Below the pieces are notes generated by a model. That model saw nothing but the letters and a program-made list of their open reading frames with translations. It searched no databases and was not told the DNA's origin. A DNA stretch of 64,000 nucleotides from an uncultured Verrucomicrobiota bacterium. Its GTDB lineage: Bacteria > Verrucomicrobiota > Verrucomicrobiia > Limisphaerales > UBA8199. The translations under genes were made by a program, and so were the position numbers. How positions within the stretch are numbered: the stretch's first letter is position 1; each line of letters opens with the position of its first letter. Positions 1 through 9,600 of this stretch are shown in pieces. The stretch lies in the NCBI GenBank assembly GCA_964401575.1, contig CAYNZC010000006.1, positions 1,887-65,886 on the forward strand. Reading direction: 5' to 3'.

Positions 1-36
1 CGGGGATGGTCTTTCACATCGCACCCAACAACTCGA

Positions 37-1995
37 ATGTGCGGCATTGCTGGATATCTTTGCCCTGAGGGCCTGCTCGAACCTGAGCCGGTGCTGCGGC
101 GAATGCTTGGCTCGATCCGGCATCGGGGCCCGGACGAGTTTGGGATTTACCAGGCTTCCCAGGCGGCTTTGGCCAGCGCGCGCTTAAGTATTATTGATCT
201 CTCCGGCGGGCAACAGCCAATTTCCAACGAGGACGGATCGCTGTGGATCGTCTTCAACGGAGAAATCTTTAACTACCTGGAGCTGCGGCGCGATCTCGAT
301 GCGCGCGGCCATCGCCTGGCCACGAACACAGATACCGAGGTTGTTCTTCATCTCTTCGAGGACCTTGGCCCGGATTGCCTGCGACAACTGAACGGGCAGT
401 TTGCGATTGCCATCTGGGATAAGAAGCGGAAGCAACTGTTTTTGGCGAGAGACAGGGTGGGGGTGCGCCCGCTCTTTTACACGAGGATAAACAACGCACT
501 CGTGTTCGCCTCGGAAATCAAAGCGCTGCTTGAGTACCCGGGGGTGAGCGCAGAGATGGATCCCGGGGCGTTGCGGGAGGTCTTCACATATTGGAGCACA
601 CTTTCACCTCGCACCTGTTTCAACGGCATCTTCGAGTTGCCGCCCGGCAGCTTTCTCACAGCCAGCCCGGGCGCCGCCCCCGAGGTCCGTGCCTGGTGGG
701 AGCTGGATTTCCAGGAGGATTCACCATCGCGGACGCTCGAAGATTATCTCGACGAATTTCGCGCCTTGTTGCGCGACGCCACGCGACTGCGCCTGCGGGC
801 GGATGTGCCGGTGGGAGCTTACCTGAGCGGCGGGCTCGACTCCTCCACCATTGCGGCGCTGGTTCGCGAGTCGGGGGTGGGCCACCTGGATACCTTTTCC
901 ATTTCCTTTTCTGATCCGCACTTTGACGAGAGCGTTTACCAGAAGCAAATGGCAACGTTGCTCGGCACCGAGCACCAGGTGGTTCATGCCACCTACGAGG
1001 ACATCGGGGAAGCCTTTCCCGAGGTGGTCTGGCACACCGAAGCTCCATTGCTGCGCACGGCGCCGGCCCCGATGTTCCTGCTGTCAAAACTCGTGCGGGA
1101 TCAAAAGTACAAAGTCGTGCTGACCGGCGAAGGCGCGGACGAGTTCCTGGCCGGCTATGACATTTTCAAAGAGGCAAAGATCCGCAGATTTTGGGCGGAC
1201 CAACCGAAATCGAAGTTCAGATCCCTGCCGCTCAAGCGAATTTATCCGGACATCCAGGCTTTTCGCGAAACCAATATCGCGTATCTCTCGGCGTTCTTTG
1301 GCCGGGGTCTCACGGACACGCATTCGAGGTCTTACTCGCATTTCCTGCGTTGGCAAAACGGCCAGCGTCTTTGCAGGTTCCTTGCAGATCAGCCCGGAGC
1401 AAATACCGCTGTTTCCGAGCCGCGCTACCCGGACGCCTTCAATGCCTGGGGAGACCTGCAGCGCGCGCAGTTCCTCGAGATTTCTATCTTCCTGTCGCAG
1501 TACCTGCTTTCCTCGCAAGGCGACCGCGTGGCCATGGCGCATTCCGTCGAGGGACGCTATCCGTTTCTGGACGAGCGAGTGATCCGGTTTTGCAACCGTC
1601 TTCCTGCGCGGTTCAAGCTGCGCGCGTTGAAAGACAAGTTCCTCCTGCGCCGGGCGGCGGAAGGACTGCTGCCAAGAACGATTTCAGCCAGGCCCAAGCG
1701 CCCCTACCGCGCGCCCATCCGCAAGTGCTTCTTCAACGATTCTCAAAGTGCGTATGTGAACGAAGTGTTATCATCAAGTGCCGTGAGCGAGGCAGGTCTA
1801 TTCAAACCGGCTGCGGTCGAGCAGTTGGTCCGCAAGGCGCGCGAGGGAAGCACCCTGGGCGAAACAGACGAGATGGGGCTCGTCGGAATAATCTCCTCGC
1901 AGCTCCTCTATCATCAATTCGTCAGGAACCACAGGCCGTCCAGGCCAATAGGCAATCGGGACAACGTGAAGTTCGTCCGGCAGGCGCAGGAATGA
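37..1995 (+). CDS. asnB: asparagine synthase (glutamine-hydrolysing), AsnB family; exosortase-locus-associated amidotransferase
   Basis: 652-aa ORF starting MCGIAG (Cys2 is the Ntn glutaminase nucleophile). PP-loop YLSGGLDSSTIAAL. AsnB-like length. First gene of the co-directional exosortase block. Confidence 0.9.
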   Translation: MCGIAGYLCPEGLLEPEPVLRRMLGSIRHRGPDEFGIYQASQAALASARLSIIDLSGGQQPISNEDGSLWIVFNGEIFNYLELRRDLDARGHRLATNTDTEVVLHLFEDLGPDCLRQLNGQFAIAIWDKKRKQLFLARDRVGVRPLFYTRINNALVFASEIKALLEYPGVSAEMDPGALREVFTYWSTLSPRTCFNGIFELPPGSFLTASPGAAPEVRAWWELDFQEDSPSRTLEDYLDEFRALLRDATRLRLRADVPVGAYLSGGLDSSTIAALVRESGVGHLDTFSISFSDPHFDESVYQKQMATLLGTEHQVVHATYEDIGEAFPEVVWHTEAPLLRTAPAPMFLLSKLVRDQKYKVVLTGEGADEFLAGYDIFKEAKIRRFWADQPKSKFRSLPLKRIYPDIQAFRETNIAYLSAFFGRGLTDTHSRSYSHFLRWQNGQRLCRFLADQPGANTAVSEPRYPDAFNAWGDLQRAQFLEISIFLSQYLLSSQGDRVAMAHSVEGRYPFLDERVIRFCNRLPARFKLRALKDKFLLRRAAEGLLPRTISARPKRPYRAPIRKCFFNDSQSAYVNEVLSSSAVSEAGLFKPAAVEQLVRKAREGSTLGETDEMGLVGIISSQLLYHQFVRNHRPSRPIGNRDNVKFVRQAQE

Positions 1996-2148
1996 CTCCC
2001 GCGGCGTTCCTGTTTCTCCATTCTGTCACCTTGCCATCCCGCGCAAAATGAGAAGTGCCGGTTCGGAAAAGCTTTGAATGGACGCCGCTGTCTGTGAAAT
2101 AGTAACGTTAATCAGTTCGCCGTAATCAAGAAACATCGGAAGGTGCTT

Positions 2149-3528
2149 ATGGAAAACAAGAACATGATCGTGTTGGCGTTTCTCGCGACCGGAATGTTGC
2201 TGCCTTTGTGCGGTCTGGGCCAGAACCAGCCCGCTCCCTCCGCAAACCCGGGAGTTATCTTTGAGCCTGCCGTCACAAATCGCGAGCCGTCCATCGCCAC
2301 TGGGCAGGATTGGCGGACACTCAACCCGGCAATGCCACAGCCTCCCGAGCCCGGGCCCGCCCGCGGCGCGGCGGGACCGACCATGGGGCCGGCATTGGCG
2401 GGCACGAGCCAGCTTGGCGGCGGGGCTCCGCCCCCAGCCGCTCCCGAACCCATCGATACACCTATGCGCTGGGGCAAGCTCAGCCTGCACCCGCACGCCG
2501 CTTACGCCGTTTCCTACGCCGAGGGGCTGAACGGGCGCCTCGGCCAGGAGGCTGACAGTTGGATTCACGAATTCATGCCCGGCATGATGGTGCGTCTGGG
2601 AGATCGTTGGAGCCTTGATTACACGCCGATCCTGCGCTGGTACTCGAATGACGATTTTACCGACGGTGTGGATCATCGTGTGTCTTTTCGCGGTGGCGCC
2701 GAATACCGCGATTGGCAATTCTCTGTTGCGCAGGGTTTCGCGCGAACCCGCGACCCCCTGATCGAGACAGGCCGGGAAACCGAGCAGGACACATATTCAA
2801 CAACGATCCGCGCCGCCCGGCCGCTGAACAGCTCCCTTTCGATCGACCTGGGGGTCGGTCAGGATCTGCGGTTCATTCGCGGAGACAGCGAGGGCGAAGC
2901 GCTTAGTGACACCAAGACGTGGTCCACAATGAACTGGCTCGATTACCAATACATTGAGCGGCTTTCCTTCGGTGTCGGAGCGGGCTTTGCATACGACAGC
3001 GTGGAGACCGGCTCGGACATGACATCCGAGCAGGTGCAGGCTCGCACACGCTGGGCTCCGGGCTCAAAGCTGAGTTTGACGGCATCCGCTGGGGTTGACA
3101 TACGGCAATTTGTGGACTCGGACGAGGCGGATTCTGTCTCGCCGATCTTCTCGGTTGGGGCAGGTTATGTCTTGACCGACACAACGACTCTCTCCCTGAG
3201 CGCAAGCAGGACCGTCACGCCGTCCTACTACGATGACACTCTCTCCGAAGGCACCATCTTCAGCGCCGGCCTGGTTCAGCGGTTACTGGGGCGGTTTTAC
3301 CTGAATGTCACCGGCGGCTACGCCCTGCGGGATTACTCGGGCACAACCGGAACGAGCGCCGCCACTGGTGACCAGGAAACGGTTTCCTTCAACGCAAGCC
3401 TGGGCACAGCCTTCCTCACGCGCGGCTACATCTCAGTGTTCTACAACAAGTCCTGGAACGACTCCGACTCGGCAACCTACGACCTCGATCCGCAGACGGT
3501 TGGACTTCAGATCTCCTACAGTTATTAA
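2149..3528 (+). CDS. putative outer-membrane beta-barrel protein (PEP-CTERM-locus associated, function unknown)
   Basis: ATG at 2149 sits 5 nt after GGAAGG; the track start at 2143 is GTG. Signal peptide MIVLAFLATGMLLPLCGLGQ. Pro/Ala/Gly-rich linker. Long stretch of alternating beta-strand-like sequence ending ...LQISYSY (aromatic C-terminus typical of OM barrels). Confidence 0.5.
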   Translation: MENKNMIVLAFLATGMLLPLCGLGQNQPAPSANPGVIFEPAVTNREPSIATGQDWRTLNPAMPQPPEPGPARGAAGPTMGPALAGTSQLGGGAPPPAAPEPIDTPMRWGKLSLHPHAAYAVSYAEGLNGRLGQEADSWIHEFMPGMMVRLGDRWSLDYTPILRWYSNDDFTDGVDHRVSFRGGAEYRDWQFSVAQGFARTRDPLIETGRETEQDTYSTTIRAARPLNSSLSIDLGVGQDLRFIRGDSEGEALSDTKTWSTMNWLDYQYIERLSFGVGAGFAYDSVETGSDMTSEQVQARTRWAPGSKLSLTASAGVDIRQFVDSDEADSVSPIFSVGAGYVLTDTTTLSLSASRTVTPSYYDDTLSEGTIFSAGLVQRLLGRFYLNVTGGYALRDYSGTTGTSAATGDQETVSFNASLGTAFLTRGYISVFYNKSWNDSDSATYDLDPQTVGLQISYSY

Positions 3529-3549
3529 CCCGGCACAGGAATCCCTTCC

Positions 3550-4569
3550 ATGACTGGATCAAAAATGTCCCATCCCGCATTTTCACCGGACCTCTTGCAA
3601 ATCGATTGTGCTGCCGAGACGGCGCGCATTTGTGATTTCATGGTGCAGACCGTGCTGCGCAACTTTCGAAAAAAAGGGGTCGTCGTTGCCCTGTCGGGCG
3701 GCATTGACAGCAGCGTGGTCGGCGCGCTGGCGGTGCGGGCCTTCGGAAAGGAACGCGTTTTTGGGCTGCTCATGCCGGAGCGTGATTCCTCTGCGGATAC
3801 ACTGTCGCTGAGCCGGGGCGTCGCTGAGCACCTTGGCATTCGCTTCGAGCTCGAGGACATCTCGGGGATGCTCGATGCCGCCGGATGTTACAAGCGCCGG
3901 GACGACGCAATCCGCAGAGTCGCTCCCGAATACACATCCGAGTGCCGCTCCAAAATATCACTGCCATCCGTTACGGATTCCAATGAATACCGGCTTTTTT
4001 CAGTAGTGATTCGTTTTCCGGATGGTAGCCAGGTCACGCGCAAGCTCGATTTGCAGGCCTATCTGGGGGTCGTAGCCGCCACCAATTTCAAACAGCGCTG
4101 CCGCAAGATGCTGGAATACTACCACGCGGACCGCCTCAACTACGCCGTCAGCGGCACGCCGAACAAGCTCGAGTATGACCAGGGGTTCTTTGTGAAGCTC
4201 GGCGACGGCGCCGCGGACATCAAGCCGATCGCGCACCTGTACAAGACCCAGGTCTATGCCATGGCGCGGCACCTGGGCTTGCCTGCCGAAATCTGCAATC
4301 GCACGCCAACGACGGACACCTACTCATTGCCGCAGACGCAGGAAGAGTTCTACTTTTCACTGCCTTACGACAAGATGGACTTGGTGTTGTTGGGCAAAGA
4401 AGGCGGCTATTCTGCTGCAGAAATCGGGCGCGCGATGGGACTTTCTGCCGAACAGGTTGAGCGCGTCTTCCGTGATATTGAAGCAAAGCGCCGCATGGCC
4501 TCTTACCTTCATTCACCACCGATTTTGCTCGATGGCCGCCCCGCTCATTCCACGGCGGCCCCGCGATAA
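3550..4569 (+). CDS. nadE: NAD+ synthase-like N-type ATP pyrophosphatase (PP-loop), atypical 339-aa form
   Basis: PP-loop VVALSGGIDSSVVGAL. NadE-like KPIAHLYKTQVYAMARHLGLP and TPTTDTY regions. No nitrilase or glutaminase domain. Confidence 0.7.
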   Translation: MTGSKMSHPAFSPDLLQIDCAAETARICDFMVQTVLRNFRKKGVVVALSGGIDSSVVGALAVRAFGKERVFGLLMPERDSSADTLSLSRGVAEHLGIRFELEDISGMLDAAGCYKRRDDAIRRVAPEYTSECRSKISLPSVTDSNEYRLFSVVIRFPDGSQVTRKLDLQAYLGVVAATNFKQRCRKMLEYYHADRLNYAVSGTPNKLEYDQGFFVKLGDGAADIKPIAHLYKTQVYAMARHLGLPAEICNRTPTTDTYSLPQTQEEFYFSLPYDKMDLVLLGKEGGYSAAEIGRAMGLSAEQVERVFRDIEAKRRMASYLHSPPILLDGRPAHSTAAPR

Positions 4570-4604
4570 CTCTTTCAGAACGGTCAACACTTCGGATCAT
4601 CTCT

Positions 4605-5615
4605 ATGTACCTCCTTATCGGAGCGGATACTCCGCTCGGTCAGGCATTCTGTCTCGAACTGACGCGCCGCAGGACATCCTTTTTGCCTGTGAGTCTTGCC
4701 GATCACCATCTTGCGGATCTGCATGCGGCCTACGAGCTGCTGCGGAAGTCCAGGCCATCTTTCGTCATCAATGCGAGCGGCCCGGGTTTTGTCGCCCCGG
4801 CGGCGCCGGGTGAAGAGCAAAAGCAGGCGATCCTATACTCTCGCGTGCTGGTGCCCCAGTCTATCGCGCAGGTGTGCAAAATGCGCAATGTGCCGTGGCT
4901 GCACGCGTCTTCAGGCAGAATCTTTCAGGGGGCAAAGGTGCTCCAGCAACAGGGGTGGATCACGGAGTTGGACCTCGATCGGCCCTGGATTGCGCGACTT
5001 ATCGAATCACATCCTGAGCACATTCGCGGCTTCACTGAAACCGATGATCCGAATCATTCGTTCCTTTGCCCGCCATGTGATTTCGACAGCGGGGCAGTTG
5101 CTTTGGGCGAGCAGGCGACTCACGACGTCGGAAACAGTTACGTCTGTCGCCACGGCATGCTTCTCGACAACCGCCATCGGCTCATCGAACTTCCCGGGCC
5201 GCCCGTTGATGATGAAAGCGCGCGGAGCGGCTCCGTGTCCTGTTATGTGTCGGCCAGCTATGTGAGCGATTACGTCGCCGCCTGCCTGGAGCTCAGGAAG
5301 CGGCGGGCTCCTTACGGAGCTTACCACGTCATTAACCCCGGCATTCTGAACCTAAACTGCGGCGCAAACGTGCGTGGCGTTGTGGCATGCGAGGAGCAAC
5401 CAGCGCCCATCCGAAGCTTCATCCTGGACGATGCAAAATTGCGCGCAACGGGTATTGTCATGAGGCGGACGGGCCCCGGCGGGGTGCTTATGACCGGCAA
5501 ACCGGCTTTGGGCACTGAACCCGCCTTTGAACATTCCTTCGACTCGCACGTCGGCGATGGAGATGTGGGCGAGGAATTGGAAATGTCCGCAACGTCTCGG
5601 GCACGACTTTCATGA
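4605..5615 (+). CDS. RmlD-like (dTDP-4-dehydrorhamnose reductase fold) Rossmann protein, possibly non-catalytic
   Basis: By-eye similarity to RmlD (LLIGADTPLGQAF, RPSFVINAS, GAYHVINPG). Stop overlaps the exosortase start (ATGA at 5612-5615). Confidence 0.45.
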   Translation: MYLLIGADTPLGQAFCLELTRRRTSFLPVSLADHHLADLHAAYELLRKSRPSFVINASGPGFVAPAAPGEEQKQAILYSRVLVPQSIAQVCKMRNVPWLHASSGRIFQGAKVLQQQGWITELDLDRPWIARLIESHPEHIRGFTETDDPNHSFLCPPCDFDSGAVALGEQATHDVGNSYVCRHGMLLDNRHRLIELPGPPVDDESARSGSVSCYVSASYVSDYVAACLELRKRRAPYGAYHVINPGILNLNCGANVRGVVACEEQPAPIRSFILDDAKLRATGIVMRRTGPGGVLMTGKPALGTEPAFEHSFDSHVGDGDVGEELEMSATSRARLS

Positions 5616-6613
5616 TACCCGCCCCAACAGAACAGGAACCACCTGGAGAGGTCGCGGCAAAAACCCCGGCCCCGGTCGATTCTGACGCGTCGGTCCGGCC
5701 GCCGCTTTCGATGCTGATTGCGTGCGTGCTGCTGCTGGTTTGTTTCGGCAGGACGTTGCTGGACCTGGTCCGATTCGCATGGAACAGCAACGTCTATTCC
5801 CACATCCTTCTCATGCCGTTCATCACCGGCTATCTCCTCTTCAGGACGCGCACGGTTTGGACATTTTCCCGCAAAGCCCGGTTCTGGCCTGCGGCCGCCC
5901 CGTTCCTGACCGGCGCCCTGCTGGCGATGGGCTACATATCGAGCGCAAACAGCGGATGGATTGCATCCGCAGAGGATCGGTTGGCACTCCTTTCGCTCTC
6001 TGCCGTCTGTTACTTTTGGAGCATTGCGGCCGCGTATCTTCCGGCTGGTGAACTGAGGCGGGCTGCGTTTCCGCTGGCCCTGCTGGTGTTCCTGGCGCCG
6101 TTTCCGACGGCGGTGTTAAACGGCATCGAAGTTTTTCTCCAGAGACAGTCGGCGGAGGTTGCAAACCTGTTGTTTCTTGTCTCGGGTCTGCCGTATTTGC
6201 GGGACGACCTGGTTTTCCAACTGCCGGGGATCACCCTGCAGGTTGCGCCCGAGTGCAGCGGCGTGCGTTCCACTCTTGCGCTCTTTATTACAAGCCTCGT
6301 CGGTGGCTACATTCTTCTGCGTGCCCCGTTGAGGCGTGGTATCCTCGCTGCTGCGGTTGTGCCCCTGGCGCTCCTCAGGAACGGCTTCAGAATCTTTGTG
6401 ATCGGCCAGTTGTGCGTGCAGATCGGCCCGGAGATGATTCACTCGCCGATTCATCACCATGGTGGACCTTTGTTTTTTGCGCTCTCTCTTATACCATTCC
6501 TTTTGCTGTTGCTGTGGCTCAAGTTTTCAGAGCGACGCCATAATCCCGACCCGGAGGGACAAGGGTCCGAATTGGAGGGGGCGGCATCAGCCGGGAAGGA
6601 AAGAGCAGAGTGA
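5612..6613 (+). CDS. exosortase family protein (EpsH/Xrt-type transpeptidase)
   Basis: Polytopic membrane protein. Carries the exosortase signature Cys in VAPECSGVRS (Cys215, nt 6254-6256), Arg in LLRNGFRIF and His in SPIHHHGGP. Followed directly by a TPR lipoprotein. Confidence 0.85.
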   Translation: MIPAPTEQEPPGEVAAKTPAPVDSDASVRPPLSMLIACVLLLVCFGRTLLDLVRFAWNSNVYSHILLMPFITGYLLFRTRTVWTFSRKARFWPAAAPFLTGALLAMGYISSANSGWIASAEDRLALLSLSAVCYFWSIAAAYLPAGELRRAAFPLALLVFLAPFPTAVLNGIEVFLQRQSAEVANLLFLVSGLPYLRDDLVFQLPGITLQVAPECSGVRSTLALFITSLVGGYILLRAPLRRGILAAAVVPLALLRNGFRIFVIGQLCVQIGPEMIHSPIHHHGGPLFFALSLIPFLLLLLWLKFSERRHNPDPEGQGSELEGAASAGKERAE

Positions 6614-9600
6614 TGTACAAGATGTTGACGAGAAACTTTGTTGTGACGGTCTTTGTGGCGCTCGCCACGATGCTGCTGGTGGCCGGATGTTCCGGGGAAT
6701 CGAGAAGCAAGCGCTACCTGGCGCGGGCGGATGCGGACTATAAGGCCGGGCTTTATGAGCGCGCCGAGGTCGAATACATAGCCGCCCTGCGGGCCCAACC
6801 TTCCAGCGCTCCTGCTGCCGCGGGGTTGGGATTTGTCTATTTCGAGCAGGGCAAGGTGCCCCAAGCCTACGGCGCGCTGACACGGGCGCTCGAGTTGGAC
6901 GGAGCGAATACCGAGGCGCGGCTGAAGCTTGCGATTGTCTGCCACTCCATCGGGCAACTCCAGAAGGGCAGGGAGCACGCGCTCAAGATTCTTGAATCCA
7001 AGCCGGGCTACGGCGAGGCTTTGATGGTGCTTGTGGACTGCTCCACCACCCCCGGCGATCTGGCTCAATGCAAGGAGTTGATAGACAAGGTGTCTGCCGC
7101 CGAGCGCAAGACTATGACGTTTCACATGGCGCAGGCGGGCTTGCTGTTCAAACAGAAGGATTTCGTCGGCGCCGAGTCCGAGATCATGCAGGCCAGCACT
7201 ATCGAGCCGAATTCGCAGCGTCCCTACTATGCCCTGTATTCCCTGTATGCCGCTCAAAAGCAGCAGGAAAAGGCCGCTGCCGCGCTTCAAAAAGCCGCGG
7301 AGGTTGCCCCGGTCCGTTCCGTTGAGCGCTTGCGTTACGCACAGTTCAAGCTGCAATCCGGTCAGTCCGGACAAGCCAAGCGGATCGTCACCGAGATGAC
7401 GCAAAAGGCGCCGGATTTCATCCCTGCGTGGGTGTTTCTCGCTCGCACCGCCTTTCAGGAGCGCAACTTCGATCAGTGCTCAAGCCTGGTCACCAATATC
7501 CTCAACAGGGACCCCTCGAACTATGAGGCATACGGCTTGAACGCGGAGATACTGCTTCTGCGCGGCGATATTACCAATGCCCTGCGACATTTTGAGTGGA
7601 TCGTCCAGCAATACGGAACCAATACCCAACACTTCTACAACCTGGCGCGAGCGCAGGTTCAAAACGGACAGGAAAACCAGGCGATCGCTTCGCTGGACCG
7701 GGCAATCCTGGCCTATAGCAACAACATCCCAGCCGTCCTGCTGCAATCCAGCCTGTTTCTCAGGCAGGGCAGTTTTGACCGTGTCGCCGTGACCCTGAGA
7801 AGTCTTGCCGCCCGCACTTCCACCCTGGACAAAATGGAGCAGGCCCAACTGCCGCATGTCCTTTCCTTGCTGGCCCGGGCCCAGGCCGGGATGAAGAATT
7901 ATGCCGATGCCGCCGCCACCTACCAGGCCATGCCCAAAACTTTCCCCGGCCTGCCCGAGGTGCATCTCGAGGCCGCGGCGGGTCTGGCAGCACTGAGCAG
8001 GAAAGAGGAGGCAATGCGCGCCTACACCGACTACGTTCAACTCTCCACAAACCGCACCGGACTCGTGGTGGCCGGGAGGGGTCTCGCTTTGCTAAACGAT
8101 TTTCCGGGCGCGCGCGAGGCGCTGCAAAAAGCCAGGTCTCTTTCGCTTGACTATATGCCGGCTCTCGAAGGGATGATTCAACTCGATCTGCGGGAGAAGA
8201 AGTACGATGCCGCTATTGCCCAGGCGCAGCAGGAAATTCAGCGGGACAAATCCGCGGGAACGCCATGGCTTCTGCTCGGCGGCGTTTACATCGAAAGAGC
8301 GCTCGACAAGGCGCGGGCTGCCGGCGTCGCAAAGGAGGAGGAACACCCTCTTGCAACCCCTGCCGTGCAGCAGGATGTGAATCTCGCGGAGGAAGCCTTG
8401 CTCAAGGCGACAAATCTTGAGCCCGGGCTGAACTCCGCTTACCGGCTTCTTGCGAGGCTCTACGTTTCCTCCAACAAACAGAAGGAGGCGCTGCAGGAAT
8501 TGGAAGCCTTTGTGGCCAGAACCAACGATGTCACCGCTTATGTGCAGATGGCGCTGATTCATTCCCAGGCAAAGGAACACAAGACCGCGGCGGAGATCTA
8601 CGAAAAGGCGCTCGAATTCGCTCCTCGATCCGTCGAGATCCTCAACAACCTGGCGGTGATCTATTCGGATTACATCCCGCGTTACGATCGCGCGGCGGAG
8701 CTGGCCAGGCGAGCTCGCCGCATTGCCATGGATTCTCCCGCTGTTGCCGACACCATGGGGTGGGTTCTCCATAAACAAGGAGATTACTCGCAAGCCTTGC
8801 CGCTTCTCGAGTATGCCGCAAAGACCTTGTCACTCGAGCCCGAGGTGCAGTTTCACCTGGGTATGACCTACTACATGCTCGGTTATGAGTCGTCGGCCAG
8901 GGTGGCTTTGGAAAGCGCCGCTGCTTCCGAGGATATGCCCTTCAAACAACAGGCTGCTGCCCGCCTCGCCGTGTTGGCGCTCGATCCTTCCACAGGCAGC
9001 AGGGCGGTAAATCGCGCAGCGCTTGAAAAGCGGCTCGCCGAACAGCCGGGCGATGTAATCGCCCTTTCCCGACTGGCCACCATTCTTGAAAAAGAGGGCT
9101 CCTACACCCAGGCTGTCGAAAAGCACCGGGAGATTCTCAAGTGGTCTCCGAAAAACGTTCCGGCACTGTTAAACACAGCCAGGATCTGCGCGGATTATTT
9201 AAACGACACGGAGAAGGCCATGTCGTTCGCACGACTCGCGCGCAACAATGCGCCAGAGGATCCCGGGATCGCCCACCTGATGGGCCGCCTGGCCTTGCGC
9301 AGTCAAAACTGGTCCTGGGCAGCCGACCTGCTCGCCGAGGCGGTCCGCAAGCTTCCGGAGGATCCTGCTGTTGACTACGACTTCGCATGGGCAAACTATT
9401 TTCTGGGCAAATTGCCGGAAGCCGAATCACGCCTGAAGCTCGCGCTTGAACACCAGGGATTTCGAGAGGCAGGCGAGGCACGGCTATTCCTGAAGTTTCT
9501 CGAGGCGCATGGCACGCCGGCAGCGGCAGAGAAACTCTCGGGGGAAGCCGCCCGGAAGTTGGAATCCGAGAAGGATCCTTACTTGCCGGCTCTCATGGTC

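Noticed and set aside
5982-5996. Second sigma-54-like motif TGGCACtccttTCGC
   Set aside because: It lies inside the exosortase coding sequence, 620 nt before the next start, and the -12 element is weaker (TCGC). It is most likely a chance match, although PEP-CTERM loci are often sigma-54 regulated.
6454-7404. 316-aa antisense ORF inside the TPR lipoprotein gene
   Set aside because: It is a shadow ORF typical of high-GC DNA. The translation is Arg/Leu/Gly-rich with no motifs, and the opposite strand carries a clear TPR protein.
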